NCBI RefSeq assembly: GCF_963921235.1
Contig: NC_086108.1
Coordinates: 74,216,001-74,280,000 of the forward strand
Reading direction: 5' to 3'
DNA length: 64,000 nt
DNA from: Mobula hypostoma
Taxonomy: Eukaryota
Below the pieces are notes generated by a model, which did no database searches, was not told where the DNA came from, and saw only the letters and a list, made by a program, of their open reading frames with translations. The position numbers and the translations under genes were made by a program. Each line of letters starts with the position of its first letter. Position 1 is the stretch's first letter. Positions 39,280 through 50,364 of the stretch are shown here, one piece after another.

Positions 39280-39600
39280 TCATTTGCCTTGCACGTTACA
39301 CGGTTGGGAATCATGGCTCTCCACATCGAACAATCCCTCGCAGTGTCAATGATACCTTGCACACTTAGATCTGTTAATTCTTTCACAGTGTCCATATATT
39401 TTCTTCTTTGCCTTCCTCTACCGCGTTTCCCAAGCATACGGCCTTGTAATGTAAGGCATTCTATTTCTCCCTTTCTGATGACATGGCCCAGGAATTTTAA
39501 GTTTCCTCTCATTTAATGTTCTCGTTAAAGATCTTTTTATATGGGCACGTTGGAGTACTCTACATGTAAATTCATAAATTTCAGAAATGCATTGCTTTTT
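39280..39600 (-). mobile_element. RTE-type LINE 3' fragment
   Basis: 'LKFLGHVIRKGEIECLTLQGRMLGKRGRGRQRRKYMD'. Confidence 0.8.
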
Positions 39601-39898
39601 TTCATAATTTTTCAATGTTGATCTTTTCCATTATTTCACTGAGCTTCATTGTGTGAAAGCTGGCCATTCATTTTGAATGTAATTGGGGAGTGATACTGCT
39701 TTCCTTAGCGAGTTGAAAGGACACAAAATTCAGTCTGAGCTTCAATGCCTTTTTGAATCTCAACTCTGAAAAACTGAAGTTGGAACGTTTTCAATTTACA
39801 GGCAATCCATTGCTGTTAGGAGGGGATTGTGTTCCTAGAAAATGATGTGTATAAAGATTTTTAGTGAGGCAAAGCCATGTCTTCTTGCATGCATCAAG

Positions 39899-40163
39899 GA
39901 AAGGTGCGTCGCATCTGGAGTTTCTCCGGTTAGCGGATGATTTCCCTCCATGCCTCTCTGATGTGGTGGGGAACCGCGTACGAGGCAAGTTATAGCAGTG
40001 GTTTGCCATTGCCTTCCGTGGGTGAGTTTCCAAAGAAGTCACCAGCTCGTAACCCAGCACGGATGGAAAGCATGCAGGGGAGCCGGCTGGATTCGAACTC
40101 GGGACCTTTCGTCTCGAAGTCCGGCACTGACGCCACTATGCCACTACGCCACCGCTGAGTCGT
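39899..40163 (-). mobile_element. tRNA-derived SINE with RTE-type middle module
   Basis: Minus: tggcgtagtgg A box, gacttcg anticodon-loop-like segment, gagttcgaatcc B box, ggaaggcaatggcaaaccact; 10-bp TSD atgcatcaag at 39889-39898 and 40164-40173. Confidence 0.85.
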
Positions 40164-41300
40164 ATGCATCAAGAAACACGAAAAAACACATTGTTTTTTT
40201 TCCCCAGATGACAGTGCATTTTATGCTCCCCCTCCGCCCATTTTTTCTATGTGAGCGTGCATTTTATACTCTTATTTTTAGGTAGTGATTTGTGAGTTCA
40301 AATTTCTGTAAGTAAGAGGTTCATCAGTATTCAATCACTCCTGTTATTGGCATAAGGTCTTATCCTTTTGGTTGTTTTATTCTAGCTTATCTCTGCTTGC
40401 TTTCAATGGAGTTGAGTTTCTTATGATTATTGTTCTCTGACTGCATGAAGTTAAAATAATTGTTACTATTTAGTTACATTTTTGAATAAATTTAGTTCTA
40501 TTGTATTGAAGCATTGAAAGAGGACCTTTTGCACATTAAGTCTGAGTTGACTCTCAGTGCAATGGCATTGATCCAGTTTCTCCCTTTTATTTCTCTGTAA
40601 CCTCTCTTAGTTTCACAGTGACAATATCTTGTCTCTCCTTTTCCCCCTGCAACCCCTTCTCCACCTTTTATCCTGCCACAAACAATTGTCCTTGGGAGCA
40701 ATCCAGAGCCTATGGGAGAATCTGCAAACTCCACAAAGTAAAGGTCTAGATTTGACTCTGGTAGCTATAGAGTAAAAAGCCACGGTGCTTTATGGTGTGT
40801 TATTGTGTCATCCATAGTATTTTTAGTGTGACTTGGGTCACTCATTTCTGAATATCTATTCACTTGTTAATAGTTGATGGCCTGTTGACCGATTGCTGGT
40901 ACTGCTCCTTGGGGAAAATAATTGATCAATATTTTTCCAAGTAGTTCACTCATTTTGTAAACAACCTGGTCAGGAGACTTAGTTCATTTTGTAAAACATT
41001 TCAGAAAGATTAGAAGAATGGACAAAACAACAGTAAATTCTATTTGATGGGTAAATTAAAGTCTTGTGAGCAATGTGCCCTCTATTTTTTAGTAGAGAGT
41101 GTGTACAAAAATCAGAATCAGAATCCTTTATTATCGCCAAGTATGTGAACACATACAGGGAACTTGATGCCGGTTTTCCTGAGCTCTCGCTGTACAGAAT
41201 CAAAAAGCAAACAAAACAATAGTGCAAATAATCGTGAACTATATACAATGAGGTATACCTGTGTATGTACAGGTGGACTTGGTTTATAATAGACTAAAAT

Positions 41301-42323
41301 TCAAGTGTTCATAAGACTGATGGCATACGAAAGGAAATTGTCCTTGTACCTATTTGTCCTGGTATACAGTGATCTAAAGTGCCTACCAGAAGGAAGGAGT
41401 TGGAACAGGTGATGTCCAGGGTGTGATGGGTCTACAATGATGCTGCTTGCTCGTTTCCTGACTCTAGATGCGTGTAAGTCCTGGATCGAGGGCAGCTTCA
41501 CACCAATAATCCTTTCTGCAGCCCTGATGGTACTTTGGAGTCTATTCTTGTCTTGTTTGGTAGCTGATCCAAACCAGACGGTGATGGACGAACAGAGAAC
41601 AGACTGAATTATTCCTGAATAGAATTGAATCAGCAGCTCCTGAGGCAGGTTGTACTTCCTGAGTTGACTTAGGAAATACAACCTCTGCTGAGCCTTTTTG
41701 ATAAGAGTGTCCGCGTTGGGTGTCCACTTCAGGTCCTGAGAGATTGTGACACCCAGAAACCTGAAGGTCTCCACAGCAGACACAATACTGTTGAGTGTAG
41801 TGAGTGGGGGGAGTATTGGGGGGCTCCTCCTGAAGCCCACTGTCATCTCCACAGTCTTGAGCGTATTTAGCTCCAGATTGTTCTGACCACACCAGAGGGC
41901 CAACCATTCCACTGCCCGTCTGTATGCAGACTCATCACCGTCTCGGATAAGGCCAATGACAGTTGTGTTGTCTGCAAACTTCAGGAGTTTAACAGATGGA
42001 TCCTGTGAGGTGCAGTCATTAGTGTAAAGGGAGAAGAGCAGTTGGAGAGCACACATCCCTGGGGGGGCACCAGTACTGATTGTCTGGGTGCTAGAAATGA
42101 TGCTCCCCGGCCTCTCTTGCTGCACCCTGTCAGTCAGGAAGCTTGTGATCCACTGACAGATGGCGGGGGAGACAGTGAGCTGTGTGAGTTTGGAGTGGAG
42201 GATTTCTGGGATGATGGTGTTGAACGCCGAGCTGAAGTCAATAAACAGGACCCTCGCAGAAGTTCCTGGGTTGTCGAGGTGTTGTAGTATGTAATGCAGT
42301 CCCATGTTGACTGCATCATCCAC
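41301..42323 (-). pseudogene. Rex1 reverse transcriptase C-terminal half (catalytic FADD altered to FADN)
   Basis: 340-aa ORF 'DDAVNMGLHYILQHLD..LLKFADNTTVIGLI..LPSGRHFRSL'. Confidence 0.85.
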
Positions 42324-42695
42324 TGACCTATTTGCCCGTTAAGCAAACTGCAGGGGGTCCAGCAGGGGGCCTGTGATGTCCTTCAGGTGAGCCAACACTA
42401 GTCTCTCAAAGGATTTCATGACCACACATGTCAAGGCAACAGGCCTGTAGTCATTTAGTCCCTTGATGGTGGGTTTCTTAGGGACTTGAATGATAATGGA
42501 GCGCTTGAAGCAATGAGGGACTTCACACAGCTCCAGTGATCTATTGAAGATCCGTGTGTAGATGGGGGCCAGCTGATCAGTGCAGGCCTTCAGGGAGGGC
42601 GACACACCATCTCGGCCTGGCGCTTTCCTGGTCTTCAGGGCTTAATTAGGAAGAGGAAAAAAGATTTTGAGAGAAAACTGGCAGAGAACATAAAA

Positions 42696-43793
42696 ATGGA
42701 CTGTAAAAGCATTTATAGATATGTAAAAAGGAAAAGACTGGTAAAGACAAATGTAGGTCCCCTGCAGACAGAAACAGGTGAATTGATTATGGGGAGCAAG
42801 AACATGGCAGACCAATTGAATAATTACTTTGGTTCTGTCTTCACTAAGGAGGACATAAATAATCTTCCAGAAATAGTAAGGGACAGAGGGTCCAGTGAGA
42901 TGGAGGAACTGAGTGAAATACATGTTAGTAGGGAAGTGGTGTTAGGTAAATTGAAGGGATTGAAGGCAGATAAATCCCCAGGGCCAGATGGTCTGCATCC
43001 TAGAGTGCTTAAGGAAGTAGCCCAAGAAATAGTGGATGCATTAGTGATAATTTTTCAAAACTCGTTAGATTCTGGACTAGTTCCTGAGGATTGGAGGGTG
43101 GCTAATGTAACCTCACTTTTTAAAAAAGGAGGGAGAGAGAAACTGGGGAATTATAGGCCAGTTAGCCTAACGTCGGTGGTGGGGAAACTGCTGGAGTCAG
43201 TTATCAAGGATGTGATAACAGCACATTTGGAAAGCGGTGAAATGATCGGACAAAGTCAGCATGGATTTGTGAAAGGAAAATCATGTCTGACGAATCTCAT
43301 AGAATTTTTTGAGGATGTAACTAGTAGAGTGGATAGGGGAGAACCAGTGGATGTGGTATATTTGGATTTTCAAAAGGCTTTTGACAAGGTCCCACACAGG
43401 AGATTAGTGTGCAAACTTAAAGCACACGGTATTGGGGGTAAGATATTGGTGTGGGTGGAGAATTGGTTAGCAGACAGGAAGCAAAGAGTGGGAATAAACG
43501 GGACCTTTTCAGAATGGCAGGCGGTGACTAGTGGGGTACCGCAAGGCTCAGTGCTGGGACCCCAGTTGTTTACAATATATATTAATGACTTGGATGAGGG
43601 AATTAAATGCAGCATCTCCAAGTTTGCGGATGACACGAAGCTGGGTGGCAGTGTTAGCAGTGAGGAGGATGCTAAGAGGATGCAGGGTGACTTGGATAGG
43701 TTGGGTGAGTGGGCAAACTCATGGCAGATGCAATTTAATGTGGATAAATGTGAAGTTATCCACTTTGGTGGCAAAAATAGGAAAACAGATTAA
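42696..43793 (+). CDS. CR1 ORF2 reverse transcriptase domain (365 aa, truncated by the Penelope insertion)
   Basis: All RT motifs including FADD are uninterrupted. Confidence 0.85.
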   Translation: MDCKSIYRYVKRKRLVKTNVGPLQTETGELIMGSKNMADQLNNYFGSVFTKEDINNLPEIVRDRGSSEMEELSEIHVSREVVLGKLKGLKADKSPGPDGLHPRVLKEVAQEIVDALVIIFQNSLDSGLVPEDWRVANVTSLFKKGGREKLGNYRPVSLTSVVGKLLESVIKDVITAHLESGEMIGQSQHGFVKGKSCLTNLIEFFEDVTSRVDRGEPVDVVYLDFQKAFDKVPHRRLVCKLKAHGIGGKILVWVENWLADRKQRVGINGTFSEWQAVTSGVPQGSVLGPQLFTIYINDLDEGIKCSISKFADDTKLGGSVSSEEDAKRMQGDLDRLGEWANSWQMQFNVDKCEVIHFGGKNRKTD

Positions 43794-44954
43794 AGAAAGG
43801 GGCTTCCCTTCCTCCACTATCAACTCTGCTCTTAAACACATCTCCCCCATTTCACGTACATCTGCTCTCACTCCATCCTCCCACCACCCCACTAGGAATA
43901 GGGTTCCCCTGGTCCTCACCTACCACCCCACCAGCCTCCGGGTCCAACATATTATTCTCCGTAACTTCCGCCACCTCCAACGGGATCCCACCACTAAGCA
44001 CATCTTTCCCTCCCCCCCTCTCTCTGCATTCCGCAGGGATCGCTCCCTACACAACTCCCTTGTCCATTCGTCCCCCCCATCCCTCCCCACTGATCTCCCT
44101 CCTGGCACTTATCCGTGTAAGCGGAACAAGTGCTACACATGCCCTTACACTTCCTCCCTTACCACCATTCAGGGCCCCAAACAGTCCTTCCAGGTGAGGC
44201 ATCACTTCACCTGTGAGTCGACTGGGGTGATATACTGCGTCCGGTGCTCCCGATGTGGCCTTTTATATATTGGTGAGACCCGACGCAGACTGGGAGACCG
44301 CTTTGCTGAACATCTACGCTCTGTCCGCCAGAGAAAGCAGGATCTCCCAGTGGCCACACATTTTAATTCCACATCCCATTCCCATTCTGACATGTCTATC
44401 CACGGCCTCCTCTACTGTAAAGATGAAGCCACACTCAGGTTGGAGGAACAACACCTTATATTCCGTCTGGGTAGCCTCCAACCTGATGGCATGAACATTG
44501 ACTTCTCTAACTTCCGCTAGGCCCCACCTCCCCCTCGTACCCCATCTGTTACTCATTTTTATGCACACATTCTTTCTCTCACTCTCCTTTTTCTCCCTCT
44601 GTCCCTCTGAATATACCTCTTGCCCATCCTCTGGGTCACCCCCCCCCCCGTCTTTCTTCCCGGACCTCCTGTCCCATGATCCTCTCGTATCCCCTTTTGC
44701 CTATCACCTGTCCAGCTCTCGGCTCTATCCCTCCCCCTCCTGTCTTCTCCTATCATTTTGCATCTCCCCCTCCCCCTCCAGCTTTCAAATCCCTTACTCA
44801 CTCTTCCTTCAGTTAGTCCTGACGAAGGGTCTCGGCCTGAAACGTCGACTGCGCCTCTTCCTATAGATGCTGCTTGGCCTGCTGCGTTCCTAGCAACTTT
44901 GATGTGTGTTGCTTGAATTTCCAGCATCTGCAGAATTCCTGTTGTTTGCGTTTA
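43793..44954 (+). mobile_element. 5'-truncated Penelope-like element (GIY-YIG endonuclease + pLTR)
   Basis: 'RVPLVLTYHP..CKRNKCYTCP..GVIYCVRCSRCGLLYIGETRRRLGDRFAEH..PDGMNIDF' ending 44520; 11-bp TSD aaaacagatta (43782-43792, 44955-44965). Confidence 0.93.
44815..44850 (+). ncRNA. Minimal type I hammerhead ribozyme motif in the Penelope pLTR (best-preserved copy)
   Basis: AGTC CTGACGA AGGGTCTCGGCCT GAAA CGTC GACT: helix I AGTC/GACT, core CUGANGA/GAAA, helix II AGG/CCT, GUC cleavage triplet. Confidence 0.75.
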
Positions 44955-47440
44955 AAAACAGATTATTATCTGAATGGTGGCCGATTAGGAAAAGGGGAGG
45001 TGCAATGAGACCTGGGTGTCATTATACACCAGTCATTGAAAGTGGGCATGCAGGTACAGCAGGCGGTGAAAAAGGCGAACGGTATGCTGGCATTTATAGC
45101 GAGAGGATTCGAGTACAGGAGCAGGGAGGTACTACTGCAGTTGTACAAGGCCTTGGTGAGACCACACCTGGAGTATTGTGTGCAGTTTTGGTCCCCTAAT
45201 CTGAGGAAAGACATCTTTGCCATAGAGGGAGTACAAAGAAGGTTCACCAGATTGATTCCTGGGATGGCAGGTCTTTCATATGAAGAAAGACTGGATGAAC
45301 TGGGCTTGTACTCGTTGGAATTTAGAAGATTGAGGGGGGATCTGATTGAAACGTATAAGATCCTAAAGGGATTGGACAGGCTAGATGCGGGAAGATTGTT
45401 CCCGATGTTGGGGAGTTCCAGAACGAGGGGTCACAGTTTGAGGATAGAGGGGAAGCCTTTTAGGACCGAGATTAGGAAAAACTTCTTCACACAGAGAGTG
45501 GTGAATCTGTGGAATTCTCTGCCACAGCAAACTGTTGAGGCCAGTTCATTGGCTATGTTTAAGAGGGAGTTAGATATGGCCCTTGTGGCTACAGGGGTCA
45601 GGGGGTATGGAGGGAAGGCTGGGGCGGGGTTCTGAGTTGGATGATCAGCCATGATCATAATAAATGGCGGTGCAGGCTCGAAGGGCCGAATGGCCTACTC
45701 CTGCACCTATTTTCTATGTTTCTATGTTTCTGCCTCCGGAACAGCTGACTCACCTCCCTCTCGCAGATCCTGAGTGCAGGTACAAGAGGGTTGAAGTGAA
45801 GGGGGGTAGGGGGAGCAGTTCTTGTAATGTGGGGTGAGAAAGCGGATACTGAGATGTCGGGGTGATGGATGATGGGGGTTGCAGGTAGGTCTGTGTTTTG
45901 GCTGGGGGGTATGAAGGTGTCGAATCTACAATAAAACTTGTTCAGATCGTCAGCCAGTTGATGGTTCTCAATAGCCTGGGGGAATGGTTTCTTGTAGTTG
46001 GTGATCTCTTGGAGCCCCTTCCACACTGACACTGGGTTGTTGTTTGAAAACCTGTTTTGCAGTTTTCCAATGTAGCGCTTCTTCGCTGCCTTAATCTCCC
46101 TGGCTCGATCATACAGAATCCTGTCCCCTCTTCTGTACGCCTCCTCCTTCTCCCGACGAAGCTGCCTGAGTTGTGATGTGAACCAGGGCTTGCTATTGTT
46201 GAATGTGCAGAAGGTTTTTGTTGGAATGCACATGTCTTCACAAAAACTGATGTATGAGGTCACGATGTCAGACAGATCATGAAGATCTATAGCTGCAGCC
46301 TCAAAGACCCTCCAATCCGTGCAGTCGAAACAGGCCTGAAGATCTAGCTTTGACTCATTGGTCCATCTCTTGACTGTCCTGACAACAGGCTTAACCGATC
46401 TTAGTTTCTGCCTGAATGTCGGGAGAAGGTGAACCAGGCAGTGGTCGGAGAGTCCCAAGGCTGCCTGTGTAACAGAGCGATATGCATCCTTTATTGTCGT
46501 GTAGCAGTGGTCTAGTATGTTAGTGTCCCTGGACACTTAATATGTTGCCCAAATTTTGACAATTCATGGCCAAGGTTTGCTCTGTTAAAATCACCAAGAA
46601 CAATGAGCAGGGAGTCTGGATGTTTGTTCTCCACTTCAGTTATCTGGTCAGCCAGGTGTTGTAGCGCCTCCCTGATGCAGGCCTGAGGTGGAATATAGAC
46701 GCCGACCAGAATAAATGAGGAGAACTCCCGCGGTGAATAAAATGGTCTACAGTTTATAAGAATTGTCTCTAGATGTGGACTGCATGATTTTCCTAACACC
46801 GTGACCTCCGTGCACCAACCTTCGTTTATGTAGAAACAGATTCCGCCTCCTCTCCCTTTCTCTGAGAATCCCGCAATCTCGGTCCGCTCGGAAGAGTTGG
46901 AATCCCGGAAGTTGTAGTGAGTTGTCCGAGATGTGCTCACCCAGCCAAGTTTCAGTAAAGCACAAAGCGGCGGATCTGGAAAAGTCACCGCGAGTTTTAT
47001 TAAGTAACAGCAGTTCATCCCTCTTGTTGAGAAGAGAACGGACATTTGCCAGGTGAATTGATGGGAGTGCAGATCGAAATCCCTGCCGTCTCAGTTTTAA
47101 CGAGTGCTCTGGTTCGCTTCCCTCTACGGCTTCTCGCGCACAGACCAGTCAGAGCTGCTGCAGCAACTCGGACCAAAACCTCCGTAAAACTATCCATAAA
47201 CGGTGGAGAACAGTTGGTGGCAGATTCACTAATCTTTAGAAGTTCCTCTCTGCTGTATGTAATCAGAGAGGAATCGCAGGAGACAGGGCAAATCAGAATC
47301 TTATGTTGTGCAAATTTTTTTCCTGTGACAAAAGTATGTGCGCACTGAATGCACACATAGGACAGTTTATGTAGGTTTACAAAATATTTGACATAAAACT
47401 GCACAGAATAACAAGAAAATAACATGCATATTTAAGTCAC

Positions 47441-47898
47441 ACACACAAAAAATTCTAGTGAACACAGCAGGCCAGGCAGCATCTATAGGAAGAGGTACAG
47501 TCGATGTTTCGGGCCGAGACCCTTCGTCAGGACTAACTGAAAGAAGAGATAGTAAGAGATTTGAGAGGGGGAGTGGGAGATCCGAAATGATAGGAGAAGA
47601 CAGGAGGGGGAGGGATGGAGCTAAGAGCTGGAAAGTTGTTTGGCAAAAGGGGTACAAGGCTGGAGAAGGGAGAGGATCATGGGATGGGAAGCCTAGGGAG
47701 AAAGAAAGGAGGGGGGAAGCCCAGAGGATGGGCAAGGAATTATAGTGAGAGGAACAGAGGGAGAAAAAAGAGAGGAAAAAGGGGAAAGAAAAAAATTGTA
47801 ATAATAATAAATAAGGGATGGGGTATGAAGGGGAGGAGGGGTGTTAACGGAAGTTAGAGAAGTCACTGTTCATGCCATCAGAGATATTTAATTTTTAT
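47441..47898 (-). mobile_element. Penelope pLTR insertion inside the hAT
   Basis: 14-bp TSD catatttaagtcac (47427-47440, 47899-47912); hammerhead motif at 47499-47534 on the minus strand. Confidence 0.85.
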
Positions 47899-49019
47899 CA
47901 TATTTAAGTCACTCAGTTATTTTTTCTCTCTTCTGCCTTTGGCATTTGCCCATTCTTTGTAAACTCTTATCTCGACTAATAGAACTTCCATCCCATTGAT
48001 AGTTTTTGATTCTCATTAACATATCCAAATGACATTGTTTTTGAGTTGATTCATGAGGCTAAAACCTCGTTCACAGTCCACACTAGATGCAAGAAAGGTT
48101 CCCCCAATGTCCATCAACTGTGCAAAGTCGCAAAACTGTTCATTTTGAAGTACAAATGCCACCATTTGAGCAGTTTGAAATTGGTTTGGATTTAATTTTT
48201 TCTTGTACAGAAAATTTGAAATCATTAAGACAATATTTTCAGCTAGAAAATCATGGTATTTTAGACATAAGGCATTAACTTGTTCATTGCCAAATGTGAA
48301 GTCACAATCTGCAATTGTGGAGAAATCAAAAGCTGACCATTCTTGTACCTCAATTTTGATCTCCTCTGGGTTTGATAGTTTTCACTCTCGCTCATCCACA
48401 CTCAACCGTAACATGCGTAGCGCTCCTGTAATGGGTAATGACGGGTTCTGTTGCCTGTGCTTTTGTATACCGTCCAAATGCGATTTACTTGCCAAATGAC
48501 GCTTCAAAAAGTCAAGTTTCCAAATATCATCCCACTTCTTTTCACTGCGAATTCTCCGGCAACCTTTGCATCATGACAATACAAACAGATAGCTCCAGTT
48601 TCCGAATCATATATAAATATTTCTCGTAGCTGAACGTTCATGACCTTATGAGCTTTTGGTGTAACAGTTTCTACTATTTTGTTAAGCCATTTAACTTTAA
48701 ACAAGTTTGCAGTTCTTTTGCACCACGCCCTTCGCTTCTTTTGAATTCAACATAGTGAATCAATATTTTTTTCCAATAAAAACTTAGTAAGCCATCTACA
48801 GGATTTGAAGCAGAACTTTACGATATGAACACTGTCTGCCAAACATGGCTGCCGCCGTGATGCAGCTGTACAAACTGGAACAGGAAAGGTGAGGTGACGT
48901 AAATTAGTGACTTGCAATGTGGTATTTGAAAAAACGACTAACTAGTTAACAGAAACAGTTAGCTAAAAGATTATTTTCAGTAAGTATAATTATTAACTAC
49001 ATTATTTTAGGTAACTAAC

Positions 49020-49490
49020 AATAGACAATAGCTACAGAAGTAGACCATTCGACCCTTCGAGCCTGCACTGCCATTCTGAGATCATGGCTGATCATCTACT
49101 ATCAATACCTGGTTCCTGCCTTGTCCCCATAACCCTTGATTCCCCTATCCATAAGATACCTATCTAGCTCCTTCTTGAAAGCATCCAGAGAATTGGCCTC
49201 CACTACCTTCTGAGGCAGCGCGTTCCACACCTCCACAACTCTCTGGGAGAAGTTCCTCCTCAGCTCTGTCCTAAATGACCTACCCCTTATTCTTAAACCT
49301 GCCCTCTGGTACTGGACTCTCCCAGCATCTGGAACATATTTCCTGCCTCTATCTTGTCCAATCCCTTAATAATCTTATATGTCTCAATCAGATCCCCCCT
49401 CAATCTCCTTAATTCCAGCGTGTACAAGCCCAGTCTCTCTAACCTCTTGCGTAAGACAGTCCGCACATCCCAGGAATTAACCTAGTGAGC
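49020..49490 (-). mobile_element. CR1 3' fragment inside the hAT
   Basis: (ctattgt)n tail on minus strand; C-terminal CR1 sequence; ctaac repeated on both flanks. Confidence 0.85.
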
Positions 49491-50364
49491 CTAACCTTTT
49501 GTGCGCACATTAATTTCCTCTGTGCACTGGTTGAAAAACGTGTGTGCACATGTACACGCGCACAGCTTAGAGGGAACTATGCTTGTGAGGGTTCTGTCCT
49601 TGGTTCACAGCTCTTTAACCTGAGATGCAGGTCCAGACAAGATTTGAGGAAAGATTAAACAGTTTGCACTTAGTTTTTTTGTATGCATCACGAGTGTCTT
49701 GAGGTGGGACACAATCGTTGATTGAGAGATCCTGGAGTATACTTTGCATTCATTCATTTACAAGACCAATTGTGTTTGTGGAAGGTTGACGAGGTTCATG
49801 CGATAGATTACGACCATAATCTCAAGGAATATGGAGACTTACTCTGTAACCTTAAGTGTGTTGTGAAGTGATGCATATGGACACAGACAACTTGGAGATT
49901 TGAATCTATTTGTAAGAGGATTGAATAAAATGAAGTGAAAAGGCAGAGACTGGGTTGGGGCAGTGAAGCCTGTGAAAAGACAGTAGCAAACATTGCACTT
50001 TTTTTTAGATCATTACTTGATAGCAAGTGTGACAGTCTGGTATTAGGACTAGAAATCAAGATGATCAATATGGAGTTGTTCACTAAAGAGCAAGGGATAT
50101 CTATCATTAAGGATTCCATCACCTCAGACATGCCCTCTTCTTTTTGCTACCATCAGGAGGTGGTACAGGAGCCTGAAGAAACACATCCAATGTTTTAAGA
50201 ACAGCTTCCCTTTCACTATCAGATTTCTGAATGGACAACAAACCAACTCATGAACACCACCTCACTTTTTTTTTGCTGTCTTTTTGCTTATATTATGTAT
50301 ATATTTGTGTGCGAGCGCATATGTGCGTATTGTGTGTGCATCTGTTTGTATGTTTCTACACATA

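Larger units (their letters stand above)
42637..45730 (+). mobile_element. Young 5'-truncated CR1 LINE inside Rex1, split by a Penelope
   Basis: RT ORF 42696-43793 ('KSPGPDGLHP..GVPQGSVLGP..SKFADDTKL') continuing as 45036-45635; (tttctatg)n tail; interrupts Rex 'FRRQK|TRKAPG'. Confidence 0.93.
41120..47289 (-). mobile_element. Near full-length Rex1-type LINE inside the hAT, split by a CR1
   Basis: 'TYSREELL', APE 'CFTETWL..GDFN..LDHCY', RT '[25 protein letters not shown]'; (gattct)n tail; aaatcagaatc repeated at 41109-41119 and 47290-47300. Confidence 0.9.
41071..49581 (-). mobile_element. hAT DNA transposon (deleted transposase) hosting nested retroelements
   Basis: Perfect 8-bp TSD cttgtgag (41063-41070, 49582-49589); TIRs caatgtgccctcta / tagagggaactatg; hAT dimerisation motif 'GTFLASSVDCERGFSLMNQLK' (48016-48225). 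Confidence 0.88.

Noticed and set aside
39092..39516. Low-complexity ORFs (ESES/HSHS/LTLT)
   Set aside because: Translations of the (CTCTCA)n microsatellite
40085..40160. tRNA gene (also ~16870-16944)
   Set aside because: A and B boxes are present but I find no proper acceptor stem; each is followed by a SINE body and flanked by a TSD
43531..44520. 329-aa ORF as a novel nuclease gene
   Set aside because: The N-terminal part is an alternate frame of CR1 and the rest is a Penelope GIY-YIG region bounded by an 11-bp TSD
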